A stretch of 64,000 bases of DNA from Candidatus Bathyarchaeia archaeon (GTDB lineage Archaea > Thermoproteota > Bathyarchaeia > TCS64), in the NCBI GenBank assembly GCA_050014495.1, contig JBEKDF010000014.1, forward strand, positions 30,218 through 94,217, given 5' to 3'. Made by a program: the position numbers and the translations under genes. Positions 20,083 through 30,269 of this stretch are shown in pieces (positions within the stretch are counted from its first letter, which is position 1; the number at the start of each line of letters is the position of its first letter). The notes under the pieces are model-generated. The model saw nothing but the letters and a program-made list of their open reading frames with translations, was not told the DNA's origin and made no database searches.

Positions 20083-20551
20083 GTGATGGATATCATCGTA
20101 TTGAAGTTAGGAGGCTCCATTCTTCGAGGCGGGGAGGATCTCAGGAAAGTTGCTGACGTTGTTGAGTTCGAGATAAACTCGGGGAGGCTTCCAGTCTGCA
20201 TTGTCTCCGCGATGAAGGGAGTCACTGACAAAATAATCAATGCCCTAAGCCAAGTCAGGACTGTTGGGTTCGATCCAAGGGTATTTGTCGAAGGTCTCAT
20301 GCTGGAACACCTATCATACCTCCCTGAGGGGATCGACCAGGAGCCATTTAGGAGGGAATTCGAGAAGTTAGAGCATGTTCTCTCCTATGTAAGATCGTCG
20401 GGCGAATTGACTGACGGGCGCTTTGGCTGAGCATGGGGTGAATATTGAACAAGCTACCCAACCTAACAGTGAGAATATAATCAGGTTCAGTGTAAGCGAT
20501 GACGACGTACCTCTCGCTGTCGCAGCAGTTTACAAGGAGTTCTTCAGGTGA
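20083..20551 (+). pseudogene. lysC: Aspartokinase with large out-of-frame internal deletion
   Basis: N-terminal VLKLGGS...IVSAMKGVTD joined near 20419 to a different-frame C-terminal ACT tail (ALAEHGVNIEQ...SENIIRFSVS...AVYKEFFR*), whose TGA overlaps the asd GTG. Confidence 0.8.
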
Positions 20552-21102
20552 ATGAAATGAGGAAACAGAAAGCTATAGTGATTGGAGCAACTGGTGCTGC
20601 TGGACAGAATATAGTAGAGTTCCTCACGAACCATCCTTGGTTCGAGTTAGCAGGCCTCGCTGCATCGAGTAAATCGGCATCCTTTGCATACTCTAAGGCA
20701 ATAGAGGGGGCAATATTCTTCGAGCGCGCGCGCATCGGCGCAACCTGCACTCGCGTCCAAGTTCAGACTGTCCACACCGAAGCCGTCTATGTAGACACAA
20801 AGAAGCCCTGCAGCTTAGATGAGGCGAAGAACGCGATGCGAGAATATGTGAGTGAACCCCAAAAACTCAAACTTCCTTCTGCACCCAAAAAACCCATAAT
20901 CGTTTTCGATGGGCCTAAGATGCCTCAGCCGAAGCTCCATCGGCAGTATGGTGGTGATGTGACTCTGGTTGGGCGCCTAAGGAGGGATCCGGTCTTCAAG
21001 AATGGTCTAGCCTATATTGTAACTAGTGATAACCTCGACAAAGGAGCGGGCGGCGGAGCCGTACAGACCGCCGAGTATCTCAAGGCGAAGAGGTACTTCT
21101 AG
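20548..21102 (+). pseudogene. asd: Aspartate-semialdehyde dehydrogenase with in-frame internal deletion
   Basis: GATGAAGQ...HPWFE N-terminus fused directly to the ATCTRV...HTE...VGRLR...GAGGG C-terminus; 184 aa, catalytic NPNC region missing. Confidence 0.82.
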
Positions 21103-21139
21103 CCCCAGTTTTAATTCACTGTAGAGCCATTAAACCTCC

Positions 21140-22417
21140 ATGACGACCATTGATCTCAGTGTGAAGAGGCGGCTCCAAGAATCAGTCGACGAGGATAAGG
21201 GAAAGCTCATCGACCTCCTATCCAGACTCATCCGGATACCAAGCGATAACCCGCCAGGGAGCACGGTGGAGATAGCGCACTTCATCAAGGATTACCTCGA
21301 GGGGTGGGGGTTCGAACCGAGACTCTACGAGCCCAACAAGGGAAATGTCAACGTCGTCGCGAGCTGGGGGGAGGGGAGCCCGCACCTAATACTTAACGGG
21401 CACCTAGACCAGTTCCCCGCTGAAGTGGGGGAGAAGTGGAGTGTACCACCCTACTCGGGTGAGGTCAAGAATGGCTTCGTATGGGGGCGAGGCTCGGGGG
21501 ACATGAAAGGGGGCCTTTCCTCTCTTATCCATTGCTTCTGCGCTACGAGCAAGCAAGGGCTCCCCGGGAAGCTTACACTCACTTGCACATCCGATGAAGA
21601 GACGGGGGGAAGGTGGGGGGCTCTCTGGCTACTCGATAACGTCCCCGGCATCACTGGCGATAGCGTGCTAAGCGGGGAGCCATCCGGAGGTACGGTAAGG
21701 ATCGGTGAGAAGGGCATGATCGCTTTCACAGTCAAGACTAGGGGTAAGCCCGCCCATGGTAGTTTCGCTGGCTACGCGGGGGAGAATGCAATAATGAAGA
21801 TGGGGCGCCTCCTGCCAGAGATAGAAGCGCTAAGAAACATCACCGCTAGCCTCACGCCAGAGGAGAAAGTGCTAACGGAGGAACTCATGAAGGGATACAC
21901 GGCTCAGTTCGGCCATGAGGCAGAGGGTCTTGCGGGTGTCCTGACGCACGTGACCGTGAATATAGGCATTATCCGTGGGGGTGTGAAGGCAAATATTGTC
22001 CCAGCTGAATGCGAGGTGGAGGTGGATATGAGGGTACCTATCGGTGTGTCCCCTAGCCAACTCAAGGCGACCCTCACAGAGAGGCTGCGGGGTATTGACC
22101 TGTCTGCTTCAGTCGACTACAGTCGCCACCCTTCTACGATACTCGGCGCCACATACTCACCGCCTAACTCTATTATAACCAATGTGACCAGGGATAATGC
22201 GAAGCTGGTCACGGGAATCGAACCCTTCCTCAGCTTCACATCCGGTGGGACGGATTGCAGATTCTGGAGGGAGAGAGGGGTACCAGCCGTCGCTTATGGG
22301 CCTAAGGTATATGCTATGGGAGCAGCGGATGAAAGGGTCCCCGTCGAGGATCTAGCATCCACCGCCAAGGTACACATGGGAATGATAGTTGATTTTCTCA
22401 CAAAGAAATCGAAATAA
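21140..22417 (+). CDS. M20 metallopeptidase (ArgE/DapE family)
   Basis: NGHLD, GRGSGDMKGG, DEETGG and GGTD motifs. Confidence 0.88.
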   Translation: MTTIDLSVKRRLQESVDEDKGKLIDLLSRLIRIPSDNPPGSTVEIAHFIKDYLEGWGFEPRLYEPNKGNVNVVASWGEGSPHLILNGHLDQFPAEVGEKWSVPPYSGEVKNGFVWGRGSGDMKGGLSSLIHCFCATSKQGLPGKLTLTCTSDEETGGRWGALWLLDNVPGITGDSVLSGEPSGGTVRIGEKGMIAFTVKTRGKPAHGSFAGYAGENAIMKMGRLLPEIEALRNITASLTPEEKVLTEELMKGYTAQFGHEAEGLAGVLTHVTVNIGIIRGGVKANIVPAECEVEVDMRVPIGVSPSQLKATLTERLRGIDLSASVDYSRHPSTILGATYSPPNSIITNVTRDNAKLVTGIEPFLSFTSGGTDCRFWRERGVPAVAYGPKVYAMGAADERVPVEDLASTAKVHMGMIVDFLTKKSK

Positions 22418-22581
22418 GCACATCTCATACACATAGGCACACGCACCTTTTTTTATCCGGGAAAAGCACCCGGAAACAACTCCGTTCAATATCGGATCTC
22501 AGCAAAAGGATTTCATATGCCTATCATCATTAACAGCGTTAGTGTTAAAGCAACTTCCATACATAGAGTAAATGATCTACT

Positions 22582-23904
22582 ATGCCAAGGGACTACAACC
22601 TCTTCTCAAGGGCAGTGGGAGAGACTCCTACCCTCGTCAGGGGCGAGGGAGTCTACATCTGGGACTCCGATGGTAAAAAGTATCTGGATGGTAGTGGGGG
22701 CCCTCTATGCGTCAATATCGGTTATGGTGTTAACGAGGTCAATGACTCTATTAAGCGCCAGATGGATGCTGTCAGTTTTGCATACAGCGGATTCTTCGTC
22801 GCTGACGCCGTCAAGGAGCTCAGCGAGAAGCTTGCCGCATTCTCACCAGGTTCGCTGAAGCATAACTTCTTCTGCAACGGGGGCAGCGAGGCCACCGAAG
22901 CTGCGGCCAAGATGGCGCGCCAATACCACCTCGAGAATAAGGACAAGACTAGGTACAAGGTTATCGCTAGGTGGCAAAGCTACCATGGCAACACACTTGG
23001 CTCACTTAGCATGAGTGGACACATAGGTAGGAGACGCCGCTTCGCGCCTATGCTAATCGATTTCCCACATATACCCCCAGCCTACTGCTACCGTTGTCCC
23101 TATGCTAAAACCCCAGATCGTTGCGACTTGGAATGTGCACGCGCCCTCGACACAATGATACACGCCACCGGTCCTGAGTATTGCAGCGCCTTTATAGCCG
23201 AACCAGTCGTAGGTGCAACACTTGGAACGGTCCCCGCCCCAAAGGGTTACTTCCAATTAATACGCGAGATATGTGACCAACACGGTGTACTATTCATAGC
23301 CGACGAAGTCATGACAGGTTGCGGCCGAACTGGTAAGAACTGGGGTATAGAGCACTGGGATGTCGAGCCCGACATAATCACCGCAGCCAAGGGGATCAGC
23401 AGTGGCTACCTCCCTCTTGGCGCAGTAATCGCAAGTGATAAGGTCTACGAGACCTTCAAGAATCCCTTCGCCCACGGTCACACTTATAGCAACCATGCTC
23501 TCTGCTGTGCAGCTGGTTCAGCCTGCCTCGATTATATCAAGAAACAAAAACTAGTCGAGAAATCCGCAAAAAACGGAAGGTACCTCATTAGGAGACTCAA
23601 GGAACTTAACGACCACCCAAATGTAGGTGACGTTCGGGGTCTTGGACTCTTCGCTGGAGTAGAGTTCGTCAAGGACAAAAAGACGAAGGAGCCGATAGAT
23701 CCTAAGCTCGCCTTCAACCAGCGCGTCTTCAAGGAGTGCTGGGACCGCGGCCTCATTATATATCCCGGCGCTGGTACTATCGACGGTACTTCAGGAGATC
23801 ATATACAAATCGGCCCACCCCTCTGCGCCAAAATCGAGGAGATAGATGAACTGATCGCGCTCTTCGAGCAAGGTCTTAAGGCTGCGGAGAAAGCTATTCG
23901 GTAA
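22582..23904 (+). CDS. Class III PLP aminotransferase
   Basis: GGSEATE, SYHGNT, FIADEVMTGCGRTG and AAKGISSGY motifs. Confidence 0.92.
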   Translation: MPRDYNLFSRAVGETPTLVRGEGVYIWDSDGKKYLDGSGGPLCVNIGYGVNEVNDSIKRQMDAVSFAYSGFFVADAVKELSEKLAAFSPGSLKHNFFCNGGSEATEAAAKMARQYHLENKDKTRYKVIARWQSYHGNTLGSLSMSGHIGRRRRFAPMLIDFPHIPPAYCYRCPYAKTPDRCDLECARALDTMIHATGPEYCSAFIAEPVVGATLGTVPAPKGYFQLIREICDQHGVLFIADEVMTGCGRTGKNWGIEHWDVEPDIITAAKGISSGYLPLGAVIASDKVYETFKNPFAHGHTYSNHALCCAAGSACLDYIKKQKLVEKSAKNGRYLIRRLKELNDHPNVGDVRGLGLFAGVEFVKDKKTKEPIDPKLAFNQRVFKECWDRGLIIYPGAGTIDGTSGDHIQIGPPLCAKIEEIDELIALFEQGLKAAEKAIR

Positions 23905-23964
23905 GATACCCCATATTTTTAAAAGGGGAAGGAGTACCCCATTACCGTTCAGGAAGGTTACCCA

Positions 23965-24663
23965 ATGAGGGACCCACAGATCGACAATATATTCCAGGTT
24001 GCCAAGGCCGAGAACAGGAACTTCCTGTTTGAACATGAAGCTAAGATGCTCTGCGGTCTTTACGGTATACCCATCACGAAGTTAGAGGTAGTAAAAACTG
24101 AAGACGCTGCTGTTGAAGCAGCGAATAAAATCGGCTACCCCATAGTACTCAAGATTGTATCCCCCCAGGTCCTCCATAAAAGTGATGCTGGGGGAGTCAT
24201 CGTGGGTATCAACGATGAGAAGGGTATCAGGGAGGGCTATCAGAGGATCATCTCGAATATTAGGAAGAATGTACCCACCGCAGTAATCGATGGCATTCTC
24301 GTTCAGGAGATGGCTCCTAGGGGCACAGAGATTATCATCGGCTCCACAGTTGACCCAACTTTTGGACCAACCATCATGTTTGGTCTCGGAGGTATCTTCG
24401 TTGAAATTCTTAAGGACGTGAGTTTCCGCTTAGCCCCAATAACAAAGGATGATGCATGGGAGATGCTCGACGAGATCAAGGCGAAGAAGATACTCGACGG
24501 TGCCCGCGGTATGCCAAAAGCGGATAAGGATACAATCGTCGACATTCTACTCGCCGTCAGTAAGATGTTGACTGAGTGCCCAGAGATTAAAGAGCTCGAC
24601 ATGAATCCCGTACTTGTCTACGAGAAAGGTGCACGCGCGGTCGACGCGCGTGTCATCCTATAG
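23965..24663 (+). CDS. acdB: ADP-forming acyl-CoA synthetase beta subunit (ATP-grasp)
   Basis: HKSDAGGV, FGPTIMFGLGGIFVE and ELDMNP motifs. Confidence 0.88.
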   Translation: MRDPQIDNIFQVAKAENRNFLFEHEAKMLCGLYGIPITKLEVVKTEDAAVEAANKIGYPIVLKIVSPQVLHKSDAGGVIVGINDEKGIREGYQRIISNIRKNVPTAVIDGILVQEMAPRGTEIIIGSTVDPTFGPTIMFGLGGIFVEILKDVSFRLAPITKDDAWEMLDEIKAKKILDGARGMPKADKDTIVDILLAVSKMLTECPEIKELDMNPVLVYEKGARAVDARVIL

Positions 24664-24761
24664 ACATCTCCGTCTATTAGGCAAGTCTACCCTAATTAGA
24701 CACTCTTATTCGCATTATCTATGAAAGTCGATATTTTGATGGTTAAAAATGTCCTGATGAT

Positions 24762-26300
24762 TTACTCAGCCATCTCCTTAAAGAGCGGGCGATTCGACTC
24801 GAGGCTTAAGCGGTATAGCTCATAGAAGTGCTGATAGGCTTTGACATTCTTCGGGATAGGCTTCATCGGGACCTTGCCTGAGATCCACCTCTCGATTACT
24901 TTGTAATCTTTTATCACGCCAGTACCGAGACCGGCGAGCATTGCGTCTCCAAGTGGAGCCCCCTGCGCCCCAGGTATATAGTCCATAGGGACGCCGGTTA
25001 CATCAGCGATTATCTGCCTCCAGAGAGGGCTCCTCGCACCACCATCGACTAGAGTCGCATTATTTACCCTGATTCCAGTCTCCCACGCTGCCTCGAGGCT
25101 GTACCTCATAGCGTAAGCGACTCCCTCCAAGACTGCACGGAACATGTGGGCTCGACTGTGATAGACGCTGAGGCCGAGGAAACCGCCTCGTAGGTTCTCG
25201 TCCCAATATGGTGCTCGTTCACCGACCATGAGATGCGGTAGGAAGATGAGATCGTCACAGCCAATTGGAACCTTGGAAGCTAGATCGTCGAGCTGCTTGT
25301 AGGCATCGACACCTGTCGTCTTCTCGGCATCTTTCTCTTTCTGACCGAGCTCGTCTCTGAACCAGCGGACGCTAAAGCCTGCGGTGGCGATTCCAGTGAA
25401 TCCATACGTATACTGGCGACCCTTGACAACGTATGGGAAGTTGATCATCCTCGGCGAGAGGCGAGGGGTGTGGCTGATGAAACCGTTGCACATGCTTGTG
25501 CCAAGCATCGAGGCTAGGTCGCCATCCTCGATGGCGCCTCCCGCGAGGGCGCTGACGCTCGCGTCTATCCCACCTGCGCATATGGGAGTACCCTTTGGTA
25601 GACCGGAGACCTTCGAGCCCTCCTCTGTAACCTCTCCGACGACGTCCTCTGAGCTCAGAATCTTATCGGGAAAGAATCTCCTCGGCACACCTAGCTCTTT
25701 CATCATCTCCTCGGACCAGTCGCGTTTATGGATATCGAATAATCCACCGTAATTCCCTGCGCTACTGTAGTCAACACTCTCTTCACCGGTTAGGCCCCGA
25801 ATCACGTACGCGTTAGGGGTCTCGAATCGGTAGATACGTTGCCAGTTGCCTGGCTCCTTATTTTTTATCCATAACATCTTCGTGTAGCCATAGTAAGGGT
25901 CGATGACGTTGCCGGTTATTTTGAAGAGGGTGTCCACTCCGAGGTTTTCGCGGAGCCACTTACACTCTTCAGTGGCTCTTCGGTCCGCCCAGATTATACA
26001 TGGACGGATAGGCTCCATTTTGGAGTTAAGGGGAACACCACTACCTCCGTAGAGACTACTTATTGCCGCACCCATTATTTCATTCGGGTCGATCTTAGCC
26101 TTCTCAATAGCTGTCTTGATTGAGGCTTGAGCGGCTTTCTCCCAGACATCGGGCCACTGCTCGGCCCAACCCTGCTTCGGAGTGATCACCCCATATTCCA
26201 AGAATGAAGAGCCTTTAATATGCCCCTCAACATCGACGATGACGGTTTTAGTCCCGAGTGTGCCGATATCGGTGCCTACTAGATAAGTCAACGCAGTCAC
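24762..26300 (-). CDS. FGGY-family carbohydrate (pentulose) kinase
   Basis: GTDIGT, IWADRRA, GERAPYWD, LEGVAY and GGARS motifs. Confidence 0.9.
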   Translation of the reverse strand: MTALTYLVGTDIGTLGTKTVIVDVEGHIKGSSFLEYGVITPKQGWAEQWPDVWEKAAQASIKTAIEKAKIDPNEIMGAAISSLYGGSGVPLNSKMEPIRPCIIWADRRATEECKWLRENLGVDTLFKITGNVIDPYYGYTKMLWIKNKEPGNWQRIYRFETPNAYVIRGLTGEESVDYSSAGNYGGLFDIHKRDWSEEMMKELGVPRRFFPDKILSSEDVVGEVTEEGSKVSGLPKGTPICAGGIDASVSALAGGAIEDGDLASMLGTSMCNGFISHTPRLSPRMINFPYVVKGRQYTYGFTGIATAGFSVRWFRDELGQKEKDAEKTTGVDAYKQLDDLASKVPIGCDDLIFLPHLMVGERAPYWDENLRGGFLGLSVYHSRAHMFRAVLEGVAYAMRYSLEAAWETGIRVNNATLVDGGARSPLWRQIIADVTGVPMDYIPGAQGAPLGDAMLAGLGTGVIKDYKVIERWISGKVPMKPIPKNVKAYQHFYELYRLSLESNRPLFKEMAE

Positions 26301-27841
26301 GTCGGCTTGTAATACTTGTTGCCATCGGCGTCATAGATTGTGTAGCCGATGTCGAGGCGGTGGGCTATCTCAGCGAGTGCTGGTGTGAGATCACCATAAG
26401 CGAAGCCAAGGTGGTTGCAAGGCCATACACTGATTATCTCCTCATCAGTCATTGGTATCTTACCTTTGACTATAGGCCAGCTCGGATTATACTTCTCATG
26501 CTCCTCAGGCTCAACTGGGAGGGTCTCCATGACGCTCGCGACGAGTCTGTATCGGAGGTTCTCTCTACCGAGGCGAGCGACCGTCATCACGTGGCCGCCA
26601 GGTGTTCTTCCGCGGACGCTGCTCCCGCCAGCGTCGTAGAAGAGTTCCTGACCCATGTACTCGACATTATCGAGCTTCTTTACTGAGTCCATTTCAGGGC
26701 CACCGAAGAAGTATGGTGGGTGCTGACCGCAGTTAACTATATAGAGGACACTTCCCTCGACATCTCGGAAATCGCCAAATCCCGCTGGCTTCCCAGAGGC
26801 AAGATGCATTATAAGCTGTGTAAGGGCTGAGTCCATGTCGTTCTCACATGCGACTGGGATGACCTTCTTGGGGACACCGTCAGGGCCGACATCGTTGCTG
26901 AGGTAAGCAGCCATTAGGCAGGCAGTGCAGTGCTGGGCACTTAGCTCGTCCTGGCACTTAATACCTGCGAAGGTTATGGCGTACTCATCTGCTATATCCT
27001 CGCCAGCGTAATAGAGGCTGAGCTGAAGGAGCATCTTGGCGAATTCCTTGAGTTTGGGGCGGTCATAGCTGATTGTACCATGCTTCTGGATGTAGTCAGC
27101 AGCTTTCTTGAGTCGGTGGTCGAGGATTTTGTATTTACCTTCGCCTGGTTTGCTGCTCCACTCAACCATGGTGAGGGCCCTGCGGAGGAGTTCGCTTTGA
27201 TCTAGGGCATCGTAACTGACACCGAAGAGTTTCTGCCACTGGTCGACGTCAGCTGTTGTCGTAGGCATCTTGAGGCTCATGCCGCCGAGGGCGAGGTACT
27301 TCTGCGCTTTGAGGTCGGAGATGACCCGTTTAGCTGTATTAGCCTCTGCTGCCCTACGCTCATTGAAGTTGAGTATGGCGAGGAGGCGCTTTATGACCGT
27401 CTTGTCGGTTTTAATATCACCGAAGACGTGGCTGAAGGGGACGCCTATCCGAGTGAGTCCACCACCCGCAGCCATGCCAGCAACGAGGCCTGGAACAGTC
27501 GGGTCCTTGTGGCTGAACATTACGACTCTAGGAATATCTCCGGTCTCAGCTGCGTACCTTTTCACAGCATCAACGCTGTCCCAGGGGAATGTCCAGCTAC
27601 CCTGATTGATGATAAGAGTCTCGGGTTTAGCGTTGGCTATGTGCTTTATGTGTTGCTGGACGAGCCTGGTGTTCCAGGCTATCTGGTCCATCTTCTCATG
27701 CCTTTCTCCACCTCTGATTACCTCGACCTTAGCCTTCTTCAGAGCGTCCACGAGGATCTTCTCCTGGCTGATCATGTGGTCGATGTTGTCCTCACGGACC
27801 CAGGGGCGGGCATCGTTGGGGCTGAATACTCCTACTTTCAT
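26297..27841 (-). CDS. L-fucose/D-arabinose isomerase family protein
   Basis: PGLVAG, ACENDMDSALTQ, DFRD, NCG.HP and WPCNH FucI-like metal-ligand motifs. Confidence 0.75.
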   Translation of the reverse strand: MKVGVFSPNDARPWVREDNIDHMISQEKILVDALKKAKVEVIRGGERHEKMDQIAWNTRLVQQHIKHIANAKPETLIINQGSWTFPWDSVDAVKRYAAETGDIPRVVMFSHKDPTVPGLVAGMAAGGGLTRIGVPFSHVFGDIKTDKTVIKRLLAILNFNERRAAEANTAKRVISDLKAQKYLALGGMSLKMPTTTADVDQWQKLFGVSYDALDQSELLRRALTMVEWSSKPGEGKYKILDHRLKKAADYIQKHGTISYDRPKLKEFAKMLLQLSLYYAGEDIADEYAITFAGIKCQDELSAQHCTACLMAAYLSNDVGPDGVPKKVIPVACENDMDSALTQLIMHLASGKPAGFGDFRDVEGSVLYIVNCGQHPPYFFGGPEMDSVKKLDNVEYMGQELFYDAGGSSVRGRTPGGHVMTVARLGRENLRYRLVASVMETLPVEPEEHEKYNPSWPIVKGKIPMTDEEIISVWPCNHLGFAYGDLTPALAEIAHRLDIGYTIYDADGNKYYKPT

Positions 27842-28896
27842 GGCATCTCCCTCGGTAGTCTATCCTGTACTGGGGGTAGGGGCTTAAACTTCTTATGGGG
27901 CTCGGTCTGATACCAATATGCGGTGCTGCTGTAGTCGTCGCTGCGCTTATTGGCATGACCGTGCTCTATTGTGACCTTAATGCTCTTCTCGAAGTAGATT
28001 GGGTCGAGGATGTGGTACCTGTACCATGTAATTTTGCCATTCCAGTTTTTGTCGGAGCCGGGGAGGGGTAGGCCATGGTAGGGGGCACAGTATTCTTGGG
28101 TGGGGCACCAGCTCATGCCATAGTAATCCTCAGTCCCCGTGCCGTTGAGGCTTGGGAGCTTCTCACCATCTATGAAGATCATGTCGTCCCCTTCACCGTA
28201 CCAGTTGAAGCGCTGTGTTGGGCGGAGGTTGTGCACATTCATGTTGCATCCGACGTAGTGACCCTTGCCTTCGGCCTCAAGTATTACGTAGTTTTCCTTC
28301 CCGTCGAGATTTGTGCCACGGAAGAGCCATGTAGGATTATCCCAATCGTCAGTCAAGTCGCCTTTGGTGGGGTTATTACGGTTCCAGGTAGCGTGGAATC
28401 TACCGAGCCCCAGTTGCAAGCTCTTGTGCTCCTCATAGTCGACGTAGAAGTAGAAGGATTCGCAGTCCCAGTTACCCTGGTTCTCGACTGTGATCTTGGC
28501 ACCTTTGGAGTAGGGCATTGGGAACCAGCAGTTGAAGCCCTTGCCATCCTCTGGACTCATCTGGAGTGGGGCCGAGATATAGTTCTTGCAGATCGCGTGT
28601 CCGATTCCGAAGAAGTCACCTATTGGGACCTCGATGCTTGGGTTTTCCTCCCCATCCCAGTAAGCGCGTAAGACGAGCTTGCGGAGGTAGTACTCATCCC
28701 GTGTTCGGATGGTTACCCAAATATGCTTGACTATACCGGCACCCTTCATCTCGGCGAGCGTGGCGGTTTCGCCCGCAAGGATAGTAATATAGTCCTTATT
28801 TCCACCGGTGCGGTCATAACTGCTGAACCGTTTCCTCTTGACGTCCTTAAGTATCGCTATGCCTGAAAGGTCGCCGCTTAAGCCCGATAGACTCAT
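27838..28896 (-). CDS. DUF2961 / glycoside hydrolase family 172
   Basis: SSYDRTGGN.D, WYGEGDD, GTGTEDY and IEHGHAN motifs; start placed at MSLSGL. Confidence 0.88.
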   Translation of the reverse strand: MSLSGLSGDLSGIAILKDVKRKRFSSYDRTGGNKDYITILAGETATLAEMKGAGIVKHIWVTIRTRDEYYLRKLVLRAYWDGEENPSIEVPIGDFFGIGHAICKNYISAPLQMSPEDGKGFNCWFPMPYSKGAKITVENQGNWDCESFYFYVDYEEHKSLQLGLGRFHATWNRNNPTKGDLTDDWDNPTWLFRGTNLDGKENYVILEAEGKGHYVGCNMNVHNLRPTQRFNWYGEGDDMIFIDGEKLPSLNGTGTEDYYGMSWCPTQEYCAPYHGLPLPGSDKNWNGKITWYRYHILDPIYFEKSIKVTIEHGHANKRSDDYSSTAYWYQTEPHKKFKPLPPVQDRLPREMP

Positions 28897-29076
28897 GGTG
28901 ATCGAGTTAGATGAGCCGTTTGAAGTGAAATAACTTGCGTGGCTGTTGAAGAGTAGAAAATAGGTTGCTTCCGCCGTGTTAACAATTATCAATCGTCGAA
29001 AAATGAGGAAGTTGTCTATCTCAGCAAATATGTTTACCAGTATCATGAATGCATCGGAACTTGATGCAGATAAAGA

Positions 29077-30111
29077 TCAGAGTAGGCATTTTTCTATACG
29101 CGTCATCCAATATGTAAGCCACTCCTCCTCTGCCAGATGATATAAACGATACTTCATTACACGCGGGTCACCACCGTCCTCGCGCAATGTCATCTTGGAG
29201 ATGGGTTTACCGTTATACCTGTAGGAGCCTGTCTTTTCGATGTACATGGTCTCGAGCCAATCGAGTAGATTAGCTATAACGGGCTCGTCTCTGGAGAATC
29301 CATTCTCGGATAACATAATTAATTCTCTGATGGGCTCGTGACCATGCCAATAGAATCGCCTGATGTCATCCTTCTTCTTCTGGTTGAGGTGCCATAAGAT
29401 AAAGCCGAGTCCGCGTCTGAGTTGCTCCCGATACTCAGGTAGATGGCTGGCGTGGAGGGCGGAACACGTGAAGAAGGTGACCCAAGGACAACTCCTCGTC
29501 CAAATCTTATAGGGGGCCACAGTTCCTTCCCTATGTCCCTCCTGAACCCATCCACCGTCCTCCCTTTGCCATCTTAGGAGGACGTCAAATCCCTTTTTAA
29601 CACGAGGGTCATTGGCTGAGCCCACCTTGGCTAGACCAGTGAGTTGGACGCTCATCCTGCACGGCACGTTCCTTGGGTTCTCATTGTAGTCCTCCTCAGT
29701 CACAGGATCGTGGTGCTCTGTGAGTACTCCATTCGGGCGTTGGAATCCAAGAACCCACTCGACCGCCTTCGAGATCCGGGGATCCGTCACTGTGTAGCCG
29801 ATGTCGCCGAGGATACTTAGGAGCCATGAAGTTGTGACGTATTTGGGGCTTACAGGTGTGCAACCGTTCTTAGGGATGTAGCCCGGCTTGCTTGCCCAAG
29901 AGCCTCCGTCGCACCATGAGCCGTCTGTCCTCTGCTTGGTGAACATCTCGATGATATCTGGGTGGCGTTGGGCTTCCCTCCAAAGTTCCTTCATCTCCGC
30001 TGATGATGGGTTCACATCGACTATACTGAGGAGTGTCATGTATCGAACCGGTGCTGAGCCATTGTTAAGGAGCCAAGCGATGCTCTTCTCAATTCTCTCC
30101 TTGCTGAGCAT
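29077..30111 (-). CDS. Hypothetical prenyltransferase/squalene-cyclase repeat-like (alpha/alpha barrel) protein
   Basis: Repeated Q..DGxW motifs (KQRTDGSW, FQRPNG, WQREDGGW). Confidence 0.65.
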   Translation of the reverse strand: MLSKERIEKSIAWLLNNGSAPVRYMTLLSIVDVNPSSAEMKELWREAQRHPDIIEMFTKQRTDGSWCDGGSWASKPGYIPKNGCTPVSPKYVTTSWLLSILGDIGYTVTDPRISKAVEWVLGFQRPNGVLTEHHDPVTEEDYNENPRNVPCRMSVQLTGLAKVGSANDPRVKKGFDVLLRWQREDGGWVQEGHREGTVAPYKIWTRSCPWVTFFTCSALHASHLPEYREQLRRGLGFILWHLNQKKKDDIRRFYWHGHEPIRELIMLSENGFSRDEPVIANLLDWLETMYIEKTGSYRYNGKPISKMTLREDGGDPRVMKYRLYHLAEEEWLTYWMTRIEKCLL

Positions 30112-30269
30112 GTTTCCCAGATTAATATTTCGTCGATGATGGTAAATTGCTTATCATTGCATCTATTAAAAGAACATAAAAACAGACCAATATCATGGGC
30201 GTAATTAATGCTATTATAGAGAACAAACATGGATAACGTAGTAAAGTTGTGTGAGGGGAATCTGCATCG

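Noticed and set aside
22456..22474. TCCGGG-N7-CCCGGA hairpin between the M20 peptidase and aminotransferase genes
   Set aside because: It is a short single-copy stem with no supporting context, so no function can be assigned.
24633..24652. Inverted repeat of ACGCGCG/CGCGCGT at the end of acdB
   Set aside because: It encodes the conserved ARAVDARV C-terminus of an intact gene, so it was not counted as a junction scar.
23965..24663. Lone ACD beta subunit as an anomaly
   Set aside because: Separately encoded alpha and beta subunits are ordinary in archaea.
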